Below, one piece after another: positions 55,331-64,000 of a stretch of 64,000 nt of DNA (within the stretch, counting starts at the first letter, position 1; every line of letters starts with the position of its first letter). The notes beneath the pieces were generated by a model. It did not search any database. It saw only the letters and a program-made list of their open reading frames with translations, and was not told the DNA's origin. Origin of the DNA: Welwitschia mirabilis (taxonomy: Eukaryota). A program made the translations under genes and the position numbers. The stretch is from positions 30,392,454-30,456,453 of the forward strand of contig JBOZIK010000001.1 of NCBI GenBank assembly GCA_051453625.1, given 5' to 3'.

Positions 55331-58300
55331 ATGGAGGAATCGTCAACTGCAAGATCACCTCTCTTCAATGGTATCAATTATGCCTAGTAAAATATGAGGA
55401 TGTACGTGTACTTCTAGTTACTTGAGTTTGATGTGTGGCAGACTATTCTAAATGATTACATAAATTCTAAAATAAAAGTGAATAACTTTCTAGGTATTAA
55501 AATCCACAAAATCAAGCTAAGGTTGAAAATGAAGTCAAGGCAATAAGGACAAATATATGTTTAACTCAAAGGCAAAGAATGCTTTATTCTCTACACACTA
55601 AGCTAAATACTTTAACCATATTACCAAATGCGAAACTAGGAACTATGAAATGTATTGGAGTTAACATATGAAAAAGATTTAGGCATGAAGCAATTCAAAC
55701 TACTTGTTTAAAGTAATTAATTTAAGAACCTAAGGATGAACAAAGGAGTATGAATTCATCAGTAATTTGTGAAGAATAAATAATGTGGTGAATTTTATTC
55801 AAGGAATTGATGGATACCTATTCAAATCAAAGGTAATACAAAAAGTGAGATATTTTACTTCATAATACAAGATAAAAAGCCATTCTCATAAAATAATTAA
55901 GTAACTTCAATGTTATGAGGTTTAAGGAGCTTCAAAGTGCATTAACAACATATCAAATAAGCCTCATAAAAGATGGAGTAGTTAACAAAAATTCAATCAG
56001 TTTAAAGTTAAGTGCTAAAATATCAAGAAAATAAAAGAGTAAGAAGGAATTTAAGATAGATGAAGATGACTATGATAAAAATTATGAACTAGATCTAATT
56101 ACAAAGAAGGTTGAGAGAGTTTTATCATGAAAAAACAAGAGGAAAAAGAAATCATCACAATCAAGCAGAACACGTTTAAGAGGTAAGTTTAAAGGTAGAC
56201 CATTTTTTTATTCTTCTAAGAATGACATTACAAAGTTAGATTATTAGATTTATGGTAGACAACAATATTTGGCCTTAGAATGTCCTAATGTTAACCTTTT
56301 TAAGGAGAAATGAAAAAGAAATACTTCAAGAAAAAGAAGTTCTTCTTTACTAAATGAAATAATGATAAAGAAATAAGCAAAGAATAAGTGACTAAAGATG
56401 ATGCTAAGGAGTCTCACCATATTTTCTTGGCCATAGCACATGAAAATTGAAAAAATAAGGAGCAACCCTTATTTGATTATTAAGTGGTGATGAAATTAAA
56501 TTACCTCTATATGAAGGTAAGCTTTAATGTCCAAGAATTTTGAAAGTACACAAATTTTATGTCAAAATGAATAAGATACTCCATCATCATGATTTGGCTC
56601 CTAAGAAAGAAAAAGAAACTAAATCTAAGTGAGAACGCAGCCTTAGAGATTAAGGTTGGTAAAGTAATAAGTGAGATCAAGTGTTTTAAATATTACTAAA
56701 TGTTGTGAGGAAGATTAACTAACAATTTAATCATAGTGAAAGAATTATGAAAATCATGCTTGGAGAAGGAAGAAGTAGACTTAATAGAAGTGGACTTGAA
56801 TCACATCAAGCATCAACTGGTAGTTCTAATAGAAATTATTCAAAGTGGAACTACATGCCTAGATTGTAACATTTAGCGAGAACAAGAAATTTCATGTGCT
56901 ATTATTGTAAACAAAAAGGAAATTTTTAACATTTTTGTTCTTTGAGATTTAGATATTATGGTGCTACTAAGTTTGACTAAAAGAACAAGATTTTGGGTAA
57001 AACTCCTATACAAGTAAGAACCAAGTGGAGGGTGGTAAAGACAAGATAAAATATCATGCTTTTTCAATTTTTACCTCGTGCAATAAAGAAACACACATAA
57101 TACATGGACAGTAGGTGCTTTTGCCACATGATAGAAGACAAATTGCATTTTAAATCCATGGTTGAGAAAAATAAGTGTGTGATGATACTTGAAGATAATA
57201 CAGAGTTCTCAATTAGATGCATTAGTACTATAGGAGAAGGTTACCTCCCAAAGGCAAAGGATGTATTTTACGCTAAAGTTTTAAAACGTATTTACTTAAC
57301 ATTTGTCAGTTATGTGATTCAAAGTTTGAAGATACTTTTACCAAGAATGTCTATATCATTTAAGAATGCAATTCCAATAAAGTTTTACTTATTAGGTAAA
57401 GAAAATTAAATGTTTATATTAACTATTTATTTGATATTTCTAATAAGAGTCTCAAGTATCTACTTAGTACCACAGGTGATGTAAGGATATGACATAGAAA
57501 TCTTGGTCATGCGAACATGGATATCATGAAGACACTTGCATCAAAAAAATTTGTATGAGGCATTTCTAACATTAATAAATTCAGTAATTACTTATGTGAA
57601 GCTTGTTAAAATGGTAAATAAACAAGGTAAATCTTTGATGAAAAAATTCTATTTTACTTCTAATACCTTCAGATATATTGCATTTGGATATTATAAGACC
57701 CTCCAGGTCGAAAGTATTGGGAGAAGAGATGTTATCTTATAATAGATAGTGATGTTTTATGTTAAACATGGGTAGCCACCCTTGCACACAAGGATGAGAT
57801 ACTTCACTATTTTTCTAAGTTCTATATTAGCTTGTAAGATGAGAAGGGTTACTCTATTAAAGTACTCCATAGCAACAATGAAGGGAAATTCAAAATTCAT
57901 TGTCTAAGGCCTTTTTTGTTACATATTAGAATCAACATAAGTCCTTAGCTCTAAGTACATCACATTAGAATGAAGTTGTGGAATGCAAGAATGATCAATT
58001 GAGATGATAGGAATCATGGCTAGTTGAATGAGATGGTTCAAACCATGATCCATGATCAAAAGGTACCGTATCAGTTTTTGGGGAGAAGTCATCAAAATCA
58101 CGCACTATGTGTTAAGTTAAATAGTGGTATAAAAAATTCACAAAAAATAAATATTTAAGAATTATCACATGATAAGAAACCCCTAGTAAGATACTTTCAT
58201 GTATTTAGCTCCAGATATTACATTCTAAACGAAAATGATTACTTAAGGAAGTCTGATTCTAAGGCTAATGAAAGCTATTGTTGTGGTTATTCTATGGTTA

Positions 58301-59898
58301 TCAAGGCCTATAAAGGTTTTATCAAAAAGGACTCTATCCATAGGAGAAACCGTTAATATTAGATAAATGATGCAATTCTCAAAACATTTGCTTGTATAAT
58401 GGTGAAGCCCATATAAAAAGGTGACAATGAAGAGGAAGAACCTAAATCATCACAACCATTAATGATGATGAGACTCAATAAGGACCACTCCATAAGTGAC
58501 ATAATTAAAATTCCCTATAATGATGTGAATACCAAGAGAGCTACCAATGAACTATGTGCTTATAATGCTTTATCTCTAACAAGTGAAACTAAAGAAATTC
58601 AAAGAAGCTAAAGATGATGAAAATGGATTTGAGCCATGCAGAAAGAACTTAACCAATATGAGATATCTTATATATGGAAATTAGTTCCTAAGCTAGTAGA
58701 CAAATCTATTCTTAGTACTAAATAGATGCTTATAAATAAGACAATGAAAATAGTATAGTCATATAGAACAAGGCTATCTTAGTAACCAAGAACATCATCA
58801 ACATGAGGGAATTGATTTTAAAGAGACCTTTGCACTAGTTTCTCTAATGGAGTGAATTCATATGCTCATATAATTTTATTGCTATAAGGGTTTTACCTTA
58901 TAACAGATGAATGTCAAGAGTGCATTCCTAAATGGAGTAATTTAAGAAGAGGTATAGGCCAAATAGCTTAAGCGTTTTATGGATCTGCATCATTCTAATT
59001 GTGTTTACACATTGAACAATTATATGATCTAAAGCAAGCCTTTGAAGCATGGTATAAGCATTTGTCAGAATATATCTTAGATAATGTATTTAAGATAGGA
59101 GAAATAGATGTAACCCTCTTCACAAAATGATTTGATAGTGATTTAATGGTTATTCAGATTTATGTAGATGATATAATTTTTAGTGCCGCTAATAAATCTT
59201 TATGTAAGGAATTTTCTAGTCTTATGTAGAAGGAGTTTGAGATGAACATAATGGGTAAAATGAGAAACATTTTAAGGCTATAAGTGCACTAAACAAAATA
59301 AGGAACATTTGTGTTACCAATCAAGTGCATCAAGAACTTATTTAAGAGGTACAAGATTTAAGATGTTAAGCTAAAGGAGATACCAATGGCATTAGGCACT
59401 AAGTTAAACAAGAAGCCTCAAGGTAGAAAGGTCGATTAGAAGATGTATCAAGATTAGAGAGGTTACAAAGATGATAGAAGAAGAATAAGCAGCTGTTATT
59501 ACTTTATAGAGATGTGTCTAGTTTCTTAGAGTAGTAAGAAGCAAAAATCCATAGGTTTGTCAATTATAGAAGCTATGAACCTTATTATAGAAAGGTAATT
59601 TAGATAATTACTATGAATGAGATAGATATTAGAAGTCTTTATTTTTGATTTGAATAGAATTCCCATGCTATGTAATAACAAGAGTGCCATCAACATCTTA
59701 ACAAATACCATCCAACACTCAAGAACTATACACATTGAGATCTAATATCACTTCTTAAGAAAGCATGTATGAAGTGGTATAATAAAGTTGAAATACTTGC
59801 AAATAAAGGACCAACTAACAAATATATTCATCAAATCTTAGATGAAGCTATTTAACAAATTATATAGAGACATGAGTATTAGACTTATTCCAATTAGG
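55331..59898 (+). pseudogene. Degenerate SIRE-type copia gag-pol
   Basis: MEESSTARSPLFNGINY start; protease MDSRCFCHM; *HRNLGHANM; integrase; RT IQIYVDDIIF (~59150); RNase H QHSRTIHIEI. Copia domain order. Confidence 0.92.
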
Positions 59899-59999
59899 TA
59901 AGTGAAGGTAAATTTCTCTTATCTAACTTAAGTTTAACAGAGTTAGAATTATTACATATTATTTCATAGATAAAAATTTCTTAAAATTAATAGTATACA

Positions 60000-62057
60000 G
60001 TGGAGCACTTCTATAATGCACTGCAAGCCTAATGCTCAGATTGTTAATTCTTTTGTTGAATACTTCCAAAAATTGTTTACAAAGAAGCTGATGGTTCTCA
60101 ACAGTGTCCTAGTTGGCCCTCCTATTACTAAATAATAATAATGTTATTTGAGCCAAAGATTCACAGAAGATGAAATTCGAAACACCATCAACTCTATGAA
60201 AAAGAACAAGATGTTGGATCTGATGGCTTTACTATAGAGTTCTATCAAACTTTTGGAGATATTATCAAAGTGGATGTTTGTGATGTGATCCAAGAAACAT
60301 TCAAGAAAGGTATCTTTTACAAACCTTTAAATGACACTCTTATCACCCTAATTTCCAAAACAGAAGATGCAAAAAGTCCTCACCATTGCAAGGCAATCAG
60401 TCTTTGTAATATTTTCTATAAGGTTTGCACTAAGATTATTGTAGACAAGTTTAAAGTGCTACTCCCAGATATGGTAACCCTGTCTCAATTCAGTTTTATT
60501 TCAAGAAGAGTTATCTATAATCACATAATCCTCACCAATGAAATACTTTATCTACATCATAGAAGAAATAAACCTGCAATGTGCCTCAAGCTTAATATAG
60601 CTAAAGTGTTTGATAAAGTCTAGTGGGAAACAGTAAACTCTGTGTTAGAGGAGTGTGGTGTTCCCACACCTCTCAGGCGTCTAATTTACTTTGGTATCTC
60701 AATGCCAACCTTCTATGTTATAGTCAATGGAGAGAGATACAACTACTTTCAGGGGAACAGTGGCCTACGTTAAGGTTATTTCCTTTCTCCAAGTTTTTGG
60801 TTATGGTGATGGACTCCTTAGCCAGACTCTTCATTCAGAATTAGAATCAAAATTCTTCCATTGAGCTAGCTCCTTCATAGCCCACCCTTCAATTTGCAAA
60901 TGATACTCTTCTATCCCTAGAATCAAGCCTTCTTATGGCAAGACATACTCGCAATCTATTAAATAAGTTTCATGATTTCCCAGGTCTTACAATAAATTGG
61001 CACAAATCAAAACTCTTCCTTATCAACACTCCTTAAGCAAGGAAGACGGCTATCTCTCAAGTTTTTCAGTGCTCACAAGCCATGTTTCTTAATGCCTATT
61101 TTGGTCTTCCTTTTGATTTAGATCATATTGCTGATAACGTTTGGCCTTCTTTAGTGAGAAAAATTGCAACTCGTTTAACTAGATGGGAAAACAAAGTTTT
61201 ATCAAATGCAGGAAAAGTTCTTGTTGTCAAATCTCGCATACTAAGTATGACTATTTATCTCATTAATTGCTTTTCCATATCTAATAGGTATTCTAGCTTG
61301 ATAGATAACATTATCTGAGATTTCATTTGGTCGAGTGGCAAGTTCCACAAGAGGCCTCATCTTATAAACTTCGAGCAAATCATCATGCTAAAGAAAGCAA
61401 GTGGTCTTCTTATTAGAAAAACTATGGATATAAGCAAATGTATTTTCGCTAAGCACTACTATAGATTTCTATCTGACAACAACATTCTCTGGGTTAAATT
61501 CTTTAAAGAAGATTATGATAATAAAGAAAGGCATTCTAATTTTCAGAAGCACATGGTCCATTCTAGCAAAGAGGTTTGGCCACAAGTTTTTGAAAATCAT
61601 GCTCTTCCTATCCAAAATGGCAAAGCAAGCATCTCAGTAATATATCATAATTTATTTGATCTTGATCATAGATGGAAGAAATTTTGGAAGTTAAATATCC
61701 TAGATAAAATTAAAATATTTTAGTGGTATATGTTGAAAGTTTATATTCCCACAACAGATAAGCTTATTCAAAGAAACTTAAGAGTTGATCAAGATTGTCC
61801 GATGTGTCATGAAAATAATGAGTCTGAAAATCATCTTTTCATTCAATGTTCTACTAGAAAAGATCTCTGAAAAGGGCCAAATATATCTTCTCCTTCTCAC
61901 ATTAGCTTGGACACCTTTTATTTTTCAAGAAAAATGTCTCCATGACTGTTGGTGCTTAGCTCTTATGGAAACATAGATGCAACATTATTTTTCGGTAGGA
62001 AAAACTATCCATCTTAAAGTTGAAATTCAAAATCATTAGACAGATTGAAGAACTAAA
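60000..62057 (+). pseudogene. LINE ORF2 (RT and C-terminal zinc finger), endonuclease missing
   Basis: NDTLITLISK, AISLCNIFYKV, LKLNIAKVFDKV, LQFANDTLL, LSNAGKVLVVKS, CPMCHENNESENHLFIQC. Confidence 0.93.
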
Positions 62058-62217
62058 TCAAATTTAGGTCTATAAAAAACATGGCAACCCAAAACCTACA
62101 AACAAAATCGCGCCCAATTTACAAGAGAACGCGTAGCTAAGAGCATTAGAACTACATGAGAGAGGAGTGTTTGAACCATGTCCAAGCAGCTGATGTGACA
62201 TCAATGCATTAGAAGAT

Positions 62218-63234
62218 ATGGGAAAGGCTATAAGAATTAAACCTACTCAGCATGATGTGTTGTTGCATCATGAGAAAACTTAGGAGGCCTTTTATGCAGT
62301 AGGATGGGAGAGTTGCATGCTTATCCTTAGAGGACATGATCTTAATCTCTTCAAGTAATTTTTTAGAAACTAGAATGGCGGATCTACTCGGATAGGTAAC
62401 AATACCATTTTTATTGATATTCTTCCATCAATGATGCCATTTGCAGATGTCCTTAAGGAATTAAGTTAAAAAGGGGAGTCCCCCAGGCTTCCATTGTTTT
62501 TCACTTTGAAAGAATTGATTGGTAAAACCCTTAGAAAGAGAGGTGGAAGCTACAGAATAAAGGATTTTCTAAGGCCATTTGATTCTTGGGCTGCCTTGAT
62601 CATGAAATACTTCACTTTAAAGGGCCACTTNNNNNNNNNNNNNNNNNNNNNNNNNNNNNNNNNNNNNNNNNNNNNNNNNNNNNNNNNNNNNNNNNNNNNN
62701 NNNNNNNNNNNNNNNNNNNNNNNNNNNNNNNNNNNNNNNNNNNNNNNNNNNNNTAAAGGGTTGATTTGATTGTTATATCAAAGGAAAATGCATAACGATG
62801 CAGGCATCTTAGCTTGGTAAGATATCCCAAGAGAACCTGTGCAAAAGCTGCTACTATGGAATCCACTAAAGTATACAAAAAGTGATGAAGAGTGCAGCCT
62901 CCTTGCGCCTTCAAGACACACTGACAACGTGCCAAATATAGAACAGACAGAGCAATAGAAATATGAAAAAGAAGCTGTAAAAGAGGATGAATAGTAAGAA
63001 GAAGAAAACATTGAGGAGGAAAGTAAACCTTTGGCTCCTACCCCTATTGCCCAAATCCCCTTGTTCAACTATACCTCAAATGAATACAGTTTTGTTGTAA
63101 ATCCCTTAGGGTATGCTAGACTTAAACCTCTTTCTGATTGGAAGTTAGAACCTAAGTTGACAAAATTAGATGCTGATGTATGGGAGTTTCAATACCAGAG
63201 AGAATTTTATTATGCTTGGAAATCTAGCTCTTAA
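62218..63234 (+). pseudogene. Extra ~338-codon ORF inside the LINE insertion, resembling retrotransposon accessory proteins
   Basis: One frame from ATG 62218 to TAA 63234 with point-nonsense stops and no frameshift in the visible sequence (one N gap): MGKAIRIKP..AVGWESCMLILRGHD..RPFDSWAALIMKYFTLKGH..KGLI*LLY, then an acidic tract. Confidence 0.7.
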
Positions 63235-63310
63235 GCTTTATTGTAAATCTTTTTCTTTTTTGAGTTAATATAATCTATTTACTATTTCTCAAAGAAAATT
63301 TCTTAAAATT

Positions 63311-64000
63311 TATGCACATTATTATTTTTGTGAATTTTATTAAGTTATTAAGTTTTCAATTTAATATGTATTTGGTTAATAAAAGATGTCTATTATAGCT
63401 TTCAGATGTCCTGTATTAGAAAATGCTTTTTAAGTTTTTAGTATAGACATCTTCTATGTGAAATACATATATTGTGTTTTAAAGTTTTTTTCAATCACCT
63501 ATCAACCTAGACGTCTATAATAAAAAAGAAAATGTCTACTATGCATCAAAATACATGTCTTCTATATCAAGAATGTCTACAGTGTAGGCATGAATAAAAT
63601 AAAAAGCAAAGCAAAAATTGAGGGTTTAGACTTCTATAAAGACATGAATCATCTTAAATCTTTCATATTTTATTTTTAATCCTTTCCACAATAGAAATAG
63701 CCATAAATCGCCAAAATAATTTTAGACTCACTCATTGATGGAGTCATAAGTAGCCACAAGCGAAAAAATGGTGAGGACAAGTAGAGAGAAAAGGGCCAAA
63801 ATAGAGTAAAAATGCAAGGGAAAAGGCTCAAATGACCCAAAAAAAAATGGAAAAGAGATAGTGTCCAAATCTAATCATTAAATCTCCCATAAAGAAGAAT
63901 CTAATAGTTGAAGGAAGGAATACAAACTCTTATTTATTTTAAATAATGTCAGATAGTGTTTTACAACTTGAAAATCACTTAAAACCATAACAGAGAGAAC
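63311..64000 (+). mobile_element. Resumed SIRE 3' region and start of a probable env-like ORF
   Basis: The same gatgtcta/tagacatc/tagacgtcta motifs as in the LTR; MVRTSREKRAK begins at 63768. Confidence 0.6.

Larger units (their letters stand above)
59989..63294 (+). mobile_element. 5'-truncated L1-type LINE insertion with 16-bp TSD
   Basis: AAAATTTCTTAAAATT at 59973-59988 and 63295-63310; LINE-like tail ttaatataa...tttctcaaagaaaa. Confidence 0.8.

Overview
Very AT-rich, CpG-depleted plant nuclear heterochromatin with no intact host gene. It is a nest of decayed transposons. From left to right: the right end of a CACTA DNA transposon (to 2110); two Athila-type Ty3/gypsy internal regions sharing one LTR (2111-20274); an old minus-strand Ty1/copia interrupted by a TSD-bounded 6.6-kb non-autonomous Athila-related LTR element (24180-30766), which also has an inverted copy (31959-38218) and a displaced 1.6-kb duplicate (20276-21876); Tekay/Del-type LTRs in inverted arrangement around a gag remnant (38219-48256); a Tat/Ogre pol with an additional RNase H, cut off by a probable plastid ycf2 insertion (51363-~52150); and a SIRE-type copia (~53540 onward) carrying a 5'-truncated LINE. 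The most notable feature is that LINE insertion (59989-63294). It is bounded by an exact 16-bp target-site duplication and carries, downstream of ORF2 and before the LINE-like 3' tail, a second ~338-codon reading frame resembling LTR-retrotransposon accessory proteins. All family assignments are from motif recognition by eye; no searches were run and identities are visual estimates.
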